Of a DNA stretch of 64,000 nt, positions 13,849-28,749 are shown one piece after another (positions within the stretch are counted from its first letter, which is position 1; each line of letters begins with the position of its first letter). The DNA is from the human T2T-CHM13v2.0 reference genome, Homo sapiens: the NCBI RefSeq assembly GCF_009914755.1, contig NC_060926.1. One strand, 5' to 3'. A program made the translations under genes and the position numbers. The notes under the pieces are model-generated. The model was not told the origin of the DNA, ran no database searches, and worked only from the letters and a program-made list of their open reading frames with translations.

Positions 13849-16800
13849 CTGAGTAGGGGGAAGAAATGAGGAGACAAGGGGACACGTGTGAGGGGCTGTG
13901 GACCAGAGACACTGGCCTCAGCCCCGGCCCCACGGGCCTGCACGCTCCCCGGGGGCCTCCTTGTCCCACAGACCTCTCACCCCACAGCTTCGCACGGTAG
14001 CAAGCCTAGGTCTGCAGAAAAGGGGTCCCATGGCCCTGGGTTCTGCCTTGGGGGAGATGGGAGGGGCCCACAGTGCTGGGCCTGGGTGGCCACTATTCCA
14101 ACCCCAAGCTCTGATACCTCAGGGCCTCAGCTCATCGCCCCTACCAGGCTAAGATCTGATGATTCCACAATGTGGGTCGCAGCTTCCTCAGGGAACACAG
14201 GGTTAGATGAGCCTGGCCACCCTCCCGGCCTGGGCCACCCTGCTCCTCTGCCCACCGGCTCCCCTGCTCCCCTGCTCCCCTCCAATGGGGTGGGAGCTCC
14301 CAGGCTCTGGGGGCCTCTAGGGGAACAGTGGGCTAAGCCTGCTCTGTGAGGGTGAGGCAGGGCTGGGGGTCCTGCTATGGAGTGCACACGGGTGGTTGGG
14401 GGCAGTTCTAGGGGTGTAGGTGGGGCGGTAAGTGAGCTACCACTCCAGGGCTCAGAGCAGGGAAAAACGGCCCCCCTATCTCACTTTAGGGAGGCTTCCA
14501 GAAAACTTTTCTGGAATGTTCTCTCAATGCTTTCCCAGTGCTGTGGCAATGAGGATGAAGACAGGAAAGTGAATAACAATTAGCAAATTATTCCTCTCCT
14601 CACACCCTGTTCTGGCACAGGCCTTGCCCAGGTAGACTTGACTGCATATCCTGATGGCTCAAGACCTGAAGGCCTAGACACAGCACAGCTGCAGTCCAGC
14701 GCTGGCCAGCTAACCTTTACGTTGGGCAAGCAGGTCAGTCTGTAATTCAAAGGTGTTAACATCAGCCAGGCCTCGGCTGCCCACATCAGCTGAGACTACT
14801 AAGCGGAGAAGAGCTCACAGCATAGGAGGAGGAATGTGTCTCAAGCACAAAATCCCAGTGCGCCCGGCTGCCCCGGCTCATCTGAGCAGCTTTGGGAGCT
14901 GCTGCAACTCTGGGGCTCAGCCTGGAGAAGGAAGGCAGCAGAGGATTTTCTAGCTCTCTAGGGGCTGTGGAAACCGATTTAAAAACACTCTTGGGGTAAG
15001 GCTGCATGTACTGGCCCCACATGCACACACTTCTGCATGCCCACTCTCTGCCCCTCTGTCTCAGAGCCCCACCATGCACACGTGCCCCACTGCCCTCTGG
15101 CCCCAGCATAGGAGGAAGTTACCTGGCTTCTGCAGGCCTCCACTGGAGTGGAAGAATGATCAATAAGGAGAATGAGAAAAGTGGCTCCTGCCCCAAACTC
15201 CTCCCAGATGAGACCCAGCAGAGAGGAGACCAGCAGAAGAGGGTTTGGGCAGCAGAAGGAGGTGGGGGTCGTGGAGGGCAGGAGAGCCAGGCCAGGTGGA
15301 GAAAATGAGAAGAGGAGATAGTCGCAGAATACTGGGACTCAGGAGGAAAGGCTCAGGTCTCTACAGTTTAGCTGCAAGACTAAAGCTGGGATTTCTTTCT
15401 TTGTCCTCTCTAAGATGTGACTCCTAAAGACAGCATCAACAGCAGAGCCCAGAATCCAGAGTCCTCCCTGGTGTCATGCAGTGCATGTGAGTGTGTGCAA
15501 ACACATGGGCACTTGTGTACACATGTGTGTGCATGTGAGTGTGGTCAGGGCCGAAGTCACTTTCTCTCCAGAGACTAGGGCAGGCATACGCTGCCATGCA
15601 AGGGTCTGGAACACTGATTTTGTGCTGCTGAGAGTGGAGCGCCCATGAGGTTAGGGATTCATTACATCTCTGCAACACTGAGAGCCTGGGGAGGTGAGGG
15701 GAACTTTGAGTAAATGAGCTCCCTATACCTGCCCCTGGGCCAGTAAGGCTCCTGTGTGGGCAGCTTCTGCAGAGCCCTTGGTATAGGGTGGGGAGCAAGA
15801 GCTGAGAAGGTGCTTGGACAGCACCTGAACAAGAGGGTCAGGTGCTGCTCGGGGTAGAAGTTGACATCAGGGTAACATGGAGTCAGTGAAGAGGAAGGAA
15901 GTGAACACTGGCTGAGCACCTGCCACATGCCAGGCACAGGGGTGGATGACTCGCAGGTGCACCTCACTCAATCCTGGCACTTCTGTGAGGCATCCTTGAG
16001 CCCCATCTCACAAATGGGGAGGGGGGTTCCCAATAGCAGAGCTGTGAGTGGAGCCTGTGCTCTGTCACACAGCACAGCTTCCTGGCACATTACCGGGGGC
16101 ATTGTGCAAAAAGCCGGCAGAAATCAGGGCTTCGTGGCAGGAACTAGAGAAGTGGGCAGAGTGGCTCAGAGGGCATGCGGCTGACCAGGGCCTAGGGGAG
16201 GTGGAATCGTTGGGGCAGAGAGTCAGTGGGCGGTGGGGTTGGTGGTCATTCAGGCAGAGCCCCCATACTGATTCCCTGAGGAGGAACGGGGTAACTTCAT
16301 GGCAGATTCTTAGGGTCTTAGGAGTGAGTGTCACAGCAGCTGAGGCCTGAGGTCCACACTGCCCCTGCTTAGAACCATCTGACCCCCAGAGTGAGGACAG
16401 GATGAATGTGGGTGAAGTCCCAGAGAAGCAGGCCAGGCAGGGCAGGGCTGGGGGGTGGACCCAGGCCCTGGAGGGAGAGGTGAGGAGTGCCCAGAGGATC
16501 TCCTGGCATCAGCCTCCCCTCCATCCGTGGAAGATTCCAGCCTGGGCTGCCCGGGGCCTGTCTGGGCTGAGGCTGTTTCCTGCCCACTCAGTCTACCTCC
16601 CCGCAGCCCCCAGCAGGCCTTCATTTCACCCCATCAGCCAGGGAGCGGCTGATCCCCACGCCGGACCCTAACGGTCAAGATGGCCGGTGAGACACTGCTG
16701 CTTGCCAGCAACGGGATTTTCCTCTTGCTCATTGTGGCTAAAGCAGGAACAAGAGGGAACTGTGGTTATTGAATACCCTGATCTATAAGGGGATTGGCCT

Positions 16801-18501
16801 TCCCAGGAGAGGATGGAGGGCAGGGAGCAGATGCAGGGGAAGCCTGCCTGGGCTCCTAACGGGGTCAGAGGTGAGGCACTGACACCCCTTCCCCGGTGTT
16901 GTCCTCTTTAAGGAGTAGGTGTTTTCCTGATAAAAGGTTGGCCAAGTCCCTTCTGGAGAGCTCTCTGGCTTCCTCCCAGAACCCACACTATGTGACAAGG
17001 GTGAGATGCAACATCTAGGGCTGCGGGGCCAGCTTCCAGGTCCCCCTCCTCACCTCAGCACTCCTTGACCCAGAACTCAATGGCCCCATATGGGCAGCCA
17101 GGATTAAGCTACAGGAAAACCCCAAGTTCTTGAACCCGCTCCACCTTCTCCTCACCAGCAAATGGCCCATCTCTAGAATTTTTCTCAACCCCTCTTTTCC
17201 ACAACCAGGCCTGCTGGCTGCATGGCTAGGCCTGGCGGGAGAAGGTGTAGCAGCGATGCCTGTCCCCAATGTGCTCTCAAACCTGGGCTGGCAGCCCCAG
17301 TGGCAGCAGGGAAACTGTGCTCCTGCACACTGCCCCTGCAATGCAGGGTGGGGGTGCCTGGCTTCGGCTGTCACCCTCTCCCAATTCCCAGTCCGGGGTG
17401 AAGCCCCTCCTTTTGCTCCCGCTTCTTGCTGCTACCCTGGGAGGGGCCACACGAAGATGGGGAGAGGTGGGGAAGCCACCAGGCTGTGAGGAAGGGTCGG
17501 GGGAGCCCTCTTATCTCCAGATTCCTGGTGCCCAGGGCTCTCTGGGACTCTAAGCTCTCCAGAGCCCCCATCAGCACCCTGGCCCACTCTCTTAGGACTG
17601 AGTGAGAAACTGGCTCTGTGTTGCTACGCCACCCCAGGGAGGTTGCCTTCGTGGCTGCTAAGGGCTCCCAGGATGTTGTTTCCCATGGATGTGACCCACA
17701 GGTCCGGAGCATCCATGGGTCCCTTAGGACCTCAGAGTTGGAGGGGAGCCAGATGTAACTTGCTGAACCCATTCCTGTCACTGACCTACAGGGGCTGGTG
17801 ACATGCCCAGTGTCACTCAGCCAATGAGTGGCACAGTCAAGATGGGACTTAATGGGCCTTAGCTCTCCTGATTTGGGGTCAGCATTCCTTTCCCTGTGAC
17901 TGATGGCCCTTGTGTGGCTTCCGATCTTGTTCTCTGGAAGCTCTTTCTTAGAGCCCGGCTTCTGGTTTCTGGACCAGCCCTGCCAACCTCTTTTCTGAAT
18001 GGAGACAGTCGAGGAGGACCAGGTGGTGCCCACTGAGTCAGCATCCCTTCACTCCCCGTCTGAGCACTGCTCCTCTTCTCACAATTTCCAACCCGATTCC
18101 TGACTCTTTGCATTGTTGTGCTACAAGAAACCTGTTTGTCTGTCACCAGCCTGGACATGGGCAGCGCTCAGCACCTCCATTGCCACCTGTTCCTCTGTGA
18201 TCCCTCCGGCTCTCCCAGCAGCAGGGCAGGGGGATTTCCTTGCTATGTCCTTCTTTGCAGGTGAGGAGAGAGGGTCAGAGACTTGCCAAGGGTCACACGA
18301 CTAGTAAGAGGCAGAGCTAGGACTCAGGCCTGGGTTTTCTGCTAAAGAGCCAGGAGTCTGAGGGGACAGGCTTTAAGCTAGCCTGGGGCTGCCCCATGCC
18401 CGTGGCTGGCCTGGAGTAGACAGTCCCGCCATGTTTGTTGCAGGCCTGGTCACTTTGACCTTGTTACTATTACTCATCTGGCTCCCAGGGTTTCTGAAGC
18501 T

Positions 18502-18560
18502 TGTGTGTGTGTGTGTGTATGTGTATGTGCACACGTGTGCACTCATGCACCTGTGTGTGA
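18502..18560. repeat. (TG)n microsatellite
   Basis: tgtgtgtgtgtgtgtgtatgtgtatgtgc. Confidence 0.85.
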
Positions 18561-19517
18561 GGGGTGCTTAAGGGGGTGTGAACTCATTCAAGTGCAAAGG
18601 AGAAAACATATTTGTCCCATAAAAGTATGTCAGTTCAATTACACTAATTTAGAACCTATGGTTTCTTCAGCAGAGGGACTGAGTAAACTTTACTTGGAAA
18701 GGAAAGCGTGGAAGGAGCTTACAGGGATATGTTTCCAGTGGCACGGAGGGTCCCTTCTCAAAACACACCCTGGTCCTTCAGATGCACCCTTGACTTACTG
18801 GCATTTAACACATAATTCCTAGTGACTTAGGAACCCATGGACAACATCTTACTAGACTAGCCCAGATTCTGTCCCCTTGGTCTCTAATAGTAATACAATT
18901 GCATTTTCTGTTTTGTAAAAATAGTGCAAGTGGAATGAGCTGTCCTGGATCCAGCTTCCTGTGATCCGTAGGTGGCAGGACACTTGCAGGGCGTGACGCT
19001 GGATTCTGGGGGTTCCCGGGTACCCTCCCTTCTCAAGAGGAAGAAAGGCCAGGGCCCAGCCAGGATCTTTGGCTTCACTCTGGCAGGAAGAGCTGCCCTC
19101 TCTTGGGCCTCCTCACTGGGCCAGGGTAGAGGTCAGGCTGCCGGCACCTGGTGGACACTGCTGGGTCTTGAACCAGAGAGGCCAGGGGCCCTCCTATCCC
19201 CAACTCCCCTTCTCTGAGAAAGGCAGGAGATCTAGCTCCATCCCTGTGTTAGAGCTCCACCTCCCTCAGGGCCACTGGGGAGGCCTTGGCCTTGCAGCTC
19301 CATCTGAGTCTCCTGCTCCCTGCCCAGTGACCTCGGGGGTGGACGGCTGGGTGGGGGGCTACAGAAACATCTTCCCACCCCTTGGATGTCTCTCCAGAAG
19401 CTCAGCCCTGTACTCTGAGCCCAGCTAGGCCTAGAGAGGCCTGTCAGTAGGACCAGGCCCCAGGTCTCTTCCCCGTGTCTTGGGAGCAGTGGGCAGCCAG
19501 AGGGGTCCTGCCTGTTA

Positions 19518-19904
<387 letters not shown>

Positions 19905-22109
19905 TTACTGGTACCTGGCTCCAGGTCCCGCTGCTGGTGGTTCCACTCCTCCCTGGTGCTCAAGGTGGAGGGGCCTGGCCTGCCCAGGACAACTGAGCCT
20001 GGACTCACCCCCTGAGTCCACTGTCTACATAACCGAGAGTGTCGTTCAGCATCCCCATGATCAGGCCACCTCCTCTCCTCAGAACAAGGGCTGCCTGCAG
20101 GCATGAGGCGCGGCCCGCCAGAAATCGGCTTGTTGGAAATGGACAGAATGAGCTGAAAGTGGCCTCCGGGAGAGGAGCCCAGGGCCCAGGCTCACACTCA
20201 CCCTTCCTACCCTGGAGAGGGAGGGAATCTTGGGAGCTGCCCTAGGGTTTTCCTCTGGCAAAAAGTAGAGCACTCAACCGGGCTCAGGCTTAGCAGTGGA
20301 GAATCATGACTGGGCTTCCTGCTCTGCGTCCTGGAGCCATTACTTTCTTGCAGCTCTAGTTTCCCCCCAGTGCACAGGGATCACCCTTCCTCACTGGTCT
20401 AGAGGTGACTTGGTCCTGTGCCCCAGACAGGCGGCCCTCACTCAGTGCTTGGATGCTCCAGCACCCAGGCTTAGATTTCCCAAGGGAAGGGAAAGGTGCA
20501 CATATTTTCTGAATCCTCACTGTGCTAGGCATCATGCTAAGATGCTTTAATGTACACTCATTTGATCTTTTCAACATTGCAACCTACCTTACCTAGCATA
20601 TCAGGAGGTTAAGTTACTTGCTTTAAGTCACACGGCTAGGAAGTACTGGAGCTGGGATCTGAGCCCAGGCTGCCTAACTCCAAGCCCCATGTCCTGTCTG
20701 GAACAAATGGGACCCTCTTGGTGGAACCAAGTATGTTGTTATGGGAAAATGGCGGTCTCTGGCATTGGAAGTCCTGGGTCTCCGTGCTGGCCCTGCTGTC
20801 AACTGTGGCCGAATCCATTCCCCATCCAGGACTTCATTGTTCCCATTCATAACAATGGGTAGCGGAGATGGGTGGCAAGTGGGCTAGGAGATCCGTGAGT
20901 CCTTTCCTCTGCTGACATCTTAAGTCTGATTCTGAAAATCCAGGGCATGGGCTGTGCTGTCTGTCCATCCCTGCTCACTCCCCAATTCTCTTATCTCACT
21001 TCCCACACTACACTCTTCATCCAGGTTTCTGTGTTCTCCTCCCAGCCCGCCTTCCCATGGGTGTCCATACATAGCTTATTCTGCACCCCTTCTCCCCTTG
21101 CTGTGGTGGCTGAGACCCCGGTAACTTTAAGAAGCCCTCCCTGCCACCCCTGCCCATGGGAGAAGAGGGTTCCTTCTGTTCTAGCTCCCTGTGGCTGCAG
21201 TCCTGGCTTCTGAGGCTGTTTCTCTTGGCCACTACATAGGGCCATATATTACACAGGACCCCACTGGGGGACCATGGCACAGTCCCATTTTATACATAGG
21301 TAAACTGAGGTCAGGAAATAATAGCTAACAATATTATAGATTTATTGTGCATATCTGTGCTAAGTACTTTCTGTGTATTGTCCTTTAATCCTCAGAATAG
21401 TCCTGGGAGGTGGATAATGTAATTGTGCTCACTTTGAGGTGATATGTAGCTTGCCTAAGTCACACAGTTAGTGAGCAGCCTAAGATTCATACTCAGGGTC
21501 CCTGTTCCTCACCATCATGCCAACTGCCCGTGAGTGGCCACGGCTGAGCTCAAGAGGACTGAAGAATCAGAGCAGAGCCTGGGGCCAGGCTGTCCTGGTA
21601 GGGTTGCTTCCTTCTTTGTTAGAACATGTGTCAGGTGCCTCTAGACTGTGCATCACTAGTGCACGCGTGCTCACGCAAAAGTGCTGGGATGTGACAAACA
21701 ATAGGAAATGAGGTCCCTGCCCTCCCAGGGAGGACCCGAGCCAGATGTGCAGAGTGAAGGTCATGCCCTCGAGTGCCAGCAGAGCTCAGTCTGGCCTTTG
21801 GATGACAAAAGGAGCCTCTTTAGTGACTCCTGAGCTGGGTCCAAATGGAAGGACCAGTTGGTGCATTCCCACCGTAGGAAGGGCAGGGGTGCCTACTGTG
21901 GGGCAGCAGACCCTGCCATGCCACAGGGCCTCCAGCCATGGCCACAGATTGAGCCATTCCAGCAGAGTCTGACCTGAGTCTCCTCCTCCTGCGACACCTC
22001 GCCATGCATGAGAGGCATTCCCCAGACCACCCCATGTGTGAGGCAGGGAGAACAGACCCCCAGATGGCCCCATATGGGAAAGTCCAGGAACTCCGTGGGG
22101 CATACCCAC

Positions 22110-22209
22110 CTTGATGATAGCATTGTTGTCATCAATCAGCGTGTCAGTCACCTCCACATGGCTCTCCTCTACCACCTTCTGCAGCACCATGCGGAAGGTC
22201 CCGATGAGC
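22110..22209 (-). CDS. OTOF: OTOF exon 4 (100 nt; [33 protein letters not shown])
   Basis: Acceptor ccccag|G, donor AAG|gtgggt; peptide within ORF 21786..22280. Confidence 0.97.
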
Positions 22210-22739
22210 CTGGGGATGGCAGAGGGGGCACGGTGGTAACATGGAAGAGACCAGGGTGAGGAGCAAGACTGACATCCCAAGGGCTGTGACTGCTTGGGGA
22301 GGACTCAGGTGGGCTTGCTCCAGCTCTGGGCTGGGCTGGAGAAGGTGGCCCAGGAGCCAGGACTGGTTGCAGCCAGGGCAGCATGTCCCACTGTGGATGG
22401 TTGTTTGTGGGAGGCCCATTTCCTTGGGAGAGCTCCAAGGGGCAGTGAGCACCCTTAGGGGATGTCTACAGACTGCGGGGAAAGGTGCATGAAATCCAGC
22501 TTTAGCTGAGCCCTTGCAGAGAAGCTTCCAGATGCTCAGTGTGGAGGCTGGGAAAGGACCTGAGTTTCCTGGATGGACAAGTAGCTCCTCCGGCTTCTAC
22601 CCGCCTAACCATGACCAAGGTTTCCAGCCCACACCAACAGCACTCACTCATCCATTCCACATCTGCAGCCTGTAAGTTCCTGGATGGCAGGAACCTGTGT
22701 GATGGCAGAGCCCATGGAACTGCACAGCAGGGGAGAGGC

Positions 22740-22980
22740 GGTGCAATGCTTTGGTTAACAGCACAGACCTGGCATCAAAGAGACAGGGATCTGAACCCAG
22801 CTCTGACACTGACTAGCAAGCTACCTGCTTCCTGGGCAACTTCCTTAAGCTCTCTCAGTGTCGGTTTTCTCATAAGATGAGCTGATAAGCCCTACTTCAC
22901 AGAGTTGTTGTTGGAGGACTGAATGAGATCATCTGCGAGTGTTCTTGTCAAAGCCCCCAGCACACAGCCAGCACTCCAAA
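22740..22980 (+). mobile_element. MIR
   Basis: ctgggcaacttccttaagctctctcagtgtcggttttctcat core. Confidence 0.55.
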
Positions 22981-23951
22981 GCAGTCCGTTTTGTCGTGAT
23001 TCATGTACTGCCTCTAAACTGTGAACCTCTCAAGGGCATGGGTGGTGCTTTTTATTCTAGCCTCTGTTTGACATTTCTAGCACACTAGAGATCTCAATAT
23101 CTGCTGGCTGAATTAATGAACAACAGTGGGTGCCCAATAAATGCTGATGGAGTTGACTTCAACCCCATTGCACCCCACAGTCAGAAGGCTGTTTGTTGCT
23201 CTGGGAGAGAACAGGGAACTCAGACAGACGTTCTTACATGGTGCTTCCACATAGAGTGGATTAGAATACACACACCATTTCTAGCTGAAGGCACAAAGGG
23301 GAGGGAAGCATCCAGGGCGTGTGAGAGCTGGAAGGGACCTTGGGCATCATCTGATGCTGCCTGAGATTTATAGAGGAAGACAGTGAGGCCATGGAAGGGG
23401 AAGGGACACAGCTAATTAATGGTAGATCTGGGTGAGGTGAGGTATCAGATGAATTCTGACTCAGACATGCTTGATGTCTCTACCACCCTGAGGTCTGTGG
23501 AGGGTGAACATTGATTTTTTAAAAATCTTCCCATCTGTGTGAGGGGAGGAAGTGGTAGGGGCAGCCGTGAGGAATGGATATGAAATGCTCCCCTTTGGAG
23601 CTCAGAGCCCCAACCACCATTGTGCCCCACCTCCCTGAGGATGAAACTGACCACGCCACTCCTTCACTCTAAAGCCGAACTGGGCTTCTGGGCTCTTAGA
23701 GCAGCCCATGGAAGCCTTCTTCCATAGCTGCATGCACCTCTCCCAGCTCAGGCAGTGCCCCAGAGACAGAAGTGCTGGGCTGGGGGCCAGGAGCCCTGGA
23801 GCTGCTGCCCCTGAGTCTCAATTTGGTCTTTATAAAATGAAGAGGGAAGGGGACTTTTAGCTTCCGTACCATGTAGACATTCTAACAGTAGACCACGGGC
23901 ACGAAAAAATACACTCATCTTTTTGCAGCCTCACCCCTTTTTGTTCTAAAT

Positions 23952-24308
23952 CAGTGGTTCTCAAACTTCAGCATGAGCAGAATCACCTGGAGGGCTTGTG
24001 AAAACATGCACGGCTGGGATATCCTCTTCTGTGGATATGCTGGAAAATGTGTCACTGGTGGGAGAGGAGAGGTGCTCATCTGTAGCATTTGCTGGTTTCT
24101 GAGATATAAATACTCCCGCCATGGCCAACTTCAAGCTTCTAATGTGAAGTCACCAAACTGGGTCCACCGGACTTCAGTTCACACCACTGGCCCCGACCCC
24201 AGGGCTCTGATTCAGTGGGTGGGAGAGGGCCTGAGAATGTGTATTTCTGACAAGTTTCCAGGTGATGCTGAAGCTGCTGGCTGGGGAGACACTTTGAGAA
24301 TCCCTGCT
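23952..24308 (+). mobile_element. MER5A-like hAT element interrupted by a MER63-like element (~24030-24189)
   Basis: cagtggttctcaaactt...gaatcacctggagggcttgt and ...caagtttccaggtgatgctg...ctttgagaa halves; the insert contains aaatactcccgccatggccaacttcaagct...cacaccactg. Confidence 0.7.
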
Positions 24309-27300
24309 CTACTATTACCCTTTGTGGATGGCTATTCAGCTGCCTTGATTCCCCTAGGACCTGTCGAGCACCTGTTGAGCGTGGGGCGATCAGGCACATC
24401 TTTCTCCAGAATTAGATGCCTAAGAACAGCCAAGGCAGCTCCCCAGGATCCGCAGAGGTGCTGCAATGTGACAAGACACTCCCAGGGGGCAGGGTGGAGC
24501 TATTCCCCCTGCAAGTGCTCACAGAGGCGTCTGGTGCCTTCTAGGCTTAACCTGCCTGAATCTCAGATCTTATACTTGGGAAGAACCTGAGAGACCTTGT
24601 CCAGCGCCCCTTCCAGGAGGAATCCCTGAAACAACCTCCCTGACATGTGCTTTTAAGTCCCTGCTAGACACTCCGGTGGTGGTGACAGTGATGGGGCTGT
24701 CACTGGTAGTCCATTCAGCCACTGCCTTAATCACACAGTGTGCTGAGCGAGATTGGCCTCCAGGCAAATCCCCTACTCTTCCTACCCTGGTCCAAGCCCT
24801 GTCCACATGCAGATTAATTCCATCCCTAAAGGGAAGCGGTGTAGACAGTGAGGAGCCTGGGCTCTGGAGTCAGACAGATGTGGGCTCACTCAGCAGGACC
24901 CAAGGGAGATTCCACCTCCTGGCAGCAGTGTGGTTTTGGCTCCTTCTGCTATAGCCCTCCGACTTCCACCGGACAGTGGTGAGGAGACTGCTCATGTGAA
25001 ATTCCTCTACCAACACCGGCACTCGGATGCCAGCCCCTCCTCCCTCCCTAATAATGAGCAGGGCTGGCCATCTGGAGAGCCTACACAGGGCGAGTCTCCT
25101 TTGCAGGATGGGCTTCAGGGGCAGGTCCAGGCAGTCCCCCACCCTTCAAGCTGTGCACAGCCTCGCACAGCCAGAGCTTGTCTATGGCCTGGAGGGTGGG
25201 ACTGGGACGCTAGGAGCTTGCAAGATTAAAGGAATCAATTTGCCACACCTCCAAGAGTGGCTTGGGGGGTTTTAACTCCTAACAGTTCACCCCCCAACCT
25301 CTCTCAAATAAAAGTAAAAATTATATTTTTTGACATGGACAATTGATATTATCTCAGCCTTATGTAAAGTATAAAGAAAAGCAGTTTTATAAACCTTGAC
25401 TCTTTCTACAGGTCTGTAACATACCATTTAAGCAAAAACACAGTGCTTGCCATGAAAACAGTTTCAAAACAAAGGCCCTGGCACTGCTTCTAGGATGCCA
25501 TCCCTCAGCCCGTCTTCTATAGATATTCTTTGGGAAGAAGCTGGGACAGGAAGAGGTAGGAGAAGCCCCTGGCTCTGGCCCTTGTGGTGACCCCAGAGGC
25601 GACCCTGCCCGCCGCAGCTGGCCTTTGTGCATCCTGGCTGCACACATAGTAGGTTCTTACTCCTCTGCATGGGTCAGCATGGAGGAGCTGCCTGGGAGAG
25701 TGGGGCCCAGGACGATTGAGGAAGGGTGGGCTCATATGCTCCTTAGACAGCTGAGTCATTTCCCTAGGAATGGAGTTGTGAGGCCATGTGTTCTGTGGGA
25801 AGGAGCACTGGCCCGGGTGTCAGGAGGCCTGGGGTGAAGACCTGACTGTCCTGAACCTGCTGTGTGACCCTGGACAAGAGGCCTCTCTGGGCCTCAGTTT
25901 CCCTGGGGCTGTCAGGCAAAGGATCTGGGGCTAACTCCATGTCCTCTGACTACTTGCCTTACAGGGCCATCCAGGTCACCATGGCAAAGAGGACACCCCT
26001 CACAGGAGGCTGTCTGGCCCCACGAGGGGCTGGGCGGCTGGGCAGAGCTAAGATCCCCACGTAATTAGCCGGCAGGAAAAGGCCTCCAGCCCAGATGGGC
26101 CCACAGACTGATCACAATAGAGCGGCAACTGGGCACCAGAATCCTGTCAATAATTCATCACTTTCCCCTGGGAGCCCGTGTCAGGTGTCCTGGGCCCTGC
26201 GAGGCCTCTCCTGCTGTCCTGGCTCCTGAATTATTCAGGGTCCCTGGCATCCTTAGCAGGCAGGAGGCTGGAGGCCAGGCCATGGACCCTCAGAGGTCCC
26301 GGACAGGCAGAGCTGGATGCACAAAATCTTCTGAACCGAACATTTCTTTCTCATGGGGAAGCCCAAGGTTCCTGGACACAGGTCTTTGTTCCAAACGGGG
26401 CCAAGCAGACCTGGAGGTCTCCTGGTTTCTGCCTAGGATGCCTCCTTCCTTCATACCATGTCTCTGCCTCCTGGCAGCCTCTAGAACCACTGGGTGAGGG
26501 GCCAGTTTCCAAGCTACTCTCTGCTTCTAGGACAAGTCTCTCTCTCTGAGATGGCAGTGATGGGATCAGGCTCATTTCTCGTCCTGGGACCCACTCTCCC
26601 AGGCAGCTCCTCCATGCCTCTTTTAGCTCAATTTCCCCAAATGCATCGGTCATGTGATGCTGAGTGTCACCCTTGAGTGCCCTGAGTCCTTCAGAGAAGA
26701 GGGGCCACTCCGATTCCCTCTCAAAGGCTCTCCCACCTTGTATACCTACCCTCTGCCTCCTAACACCACAGGGGCATTTATTCATTCTTTTATTCCACAA
26801 AATAATCAGGAGCCTGCCATGTGCCAGGCACTGTCCCCAGCAGTGGCCATGGCTTTGCTCATTGCTAAGCCTAGTGCAGACCCCAAAGACCCCTTCCACT
26901 CAGCTGCCCCATGAGAAGGAGCCTGGGGTCTGAACTGGGCCATGTGGGGGTTGAGGGCAGTGGCCTCATTGCTCCTCTGGCCTGGCCCAGGCAAATGCCA
27001 GGATGGGGAGACTTGAGTCTCACATCATTCCAAACACCTCTCTCCCACTCTGACCCCCACAAGCTGGCCTGTGTCAGCCTGGGCCTGTGCTCTCCACAAG
27101 GGGACCTCTTCTTTCCCATCTCAGCTCTGCAGCCAGCAGTGCCCTGGGCATTCTCTAGGCTTCCAAAGAAATGCCAGAACCTCTCCCACCAGGCCTGGGC
27201 CTCCCCTTGTGGGGTTTCCTGCCTTCTCTTGGATGGGGGCAGGGAGGGAAGAAGAGGAGAGTTAGGATAGGAACTATTCCCCTTTCTGTCTTCCTTCTTA

Positions 27301-27325
27301 TTGGCACTTAAGAACATCTAATACA

Positions 27326-27652
<327 letters not shown>

Positions 27653-28749
27653 TCAACATATTCACTGCATGGGAGTCAATTTCCCGATTTCCCAAATACT
27701 TCTGATTTGTTTGTAGCAGTCTTTTGATGGGCTCAAGTGTTTCCAGCATTTCAGTGGTTAGGCTGGTGGCTTTCATTATAAATGATTTAACAATGTCTTC
27801 CATGCCCTCAGTTTCCACCATCACTGCTCAAATATTTTGGTTTCTGGGAGTTGGATTAGGAAGAGAAGTTAACAGACATGCATTCTAGCCCTGGCTCTAC
27901 CATTGTCTACCCATGTGACCTCAGGTTCCCCTCTGAGACTTGGTTTCCCCTCCTGCACAGCTAAGGCTGTAGTGGCTGAGCTGTAAAGCTCCTGGATGCT
28001 TTGGCACCTATGGTTGGGTTCCTTCAGGGGCTCTCAGGTGCCCTCCCTGGTGCTTGACTTCCGATTCTCCTTCCTTTTTCACACCCACTTGGTCTGTGTG
28101 TGAGCCTTCCACTTGTTCCTGTTTCTCCTGTCCTCATAGGTCACACCCTCATGGTATCTCACCCCAGGGAAGAAGGCTCTGCTTCACCTTGGGGGCCCCT
28201 GGTGGGGGGTGTCTCACCAACCTTGCTTGTGGGTGCCAAAAGCAGCTGCCTGAATGGTGTGATGCCATGAGAGGCAAAGGGAAGGCCTTTGTGCACTAAA
28301 CATCCTCCCTGTGGCCCTGACAGCATTTCTGAAATGCCCTTGCCCCATACTCAGCTGAGATTTTGAAAGCTCCTAATAAAACCCACAGAATCAGAGACTC
28401 CTTGGAGCCCATATGGTGGGGCCTTTCCTGACTCAGAAATCCCCTCTACAATGTGGTCCACTCTTTGCTCACCCTCTCCCAGTGGCAAGGAGCTCACTAC
28501 CTCCTAAGACAGCACATTGGCTGGAAAATGCTGGCTATCTTTCAGTTGTCTGCTGTCTTCCAGCAGCCTGTTCCTCATCCTGCCTCTAGGTACACACCTT
28601 TCTTTCCTCTTCCTGTGGCAAAAAGCCTTCTGGGAGGGTAGGGGCAGGGACTGTGCCTCAATACCTCATCTCAGTATCTCCAGTGACTAGCATAGTGTCT
28701 GACTGGCAGAAAGCATTTGTTCACTATATGTATGACGAGTGACTGCAAA

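Noticed and set aside
13849-13900. SRRM4-type UGC motif upstream of the 45-nt exon
   Set aside because: No UGC in the pyrimidine tract, so no support for SRRM4 regulation
17371-18033. 220-aa minus-strand ORF in intron 5
   Set aside because: No otoferlin-like or other recognisable sequence and no convincing exon boundaries
23973-24590. 205-aa ATG-initiated ORF
   Set aside because: Runs through MER5A/MER63 fossils and shows no transposase motifs
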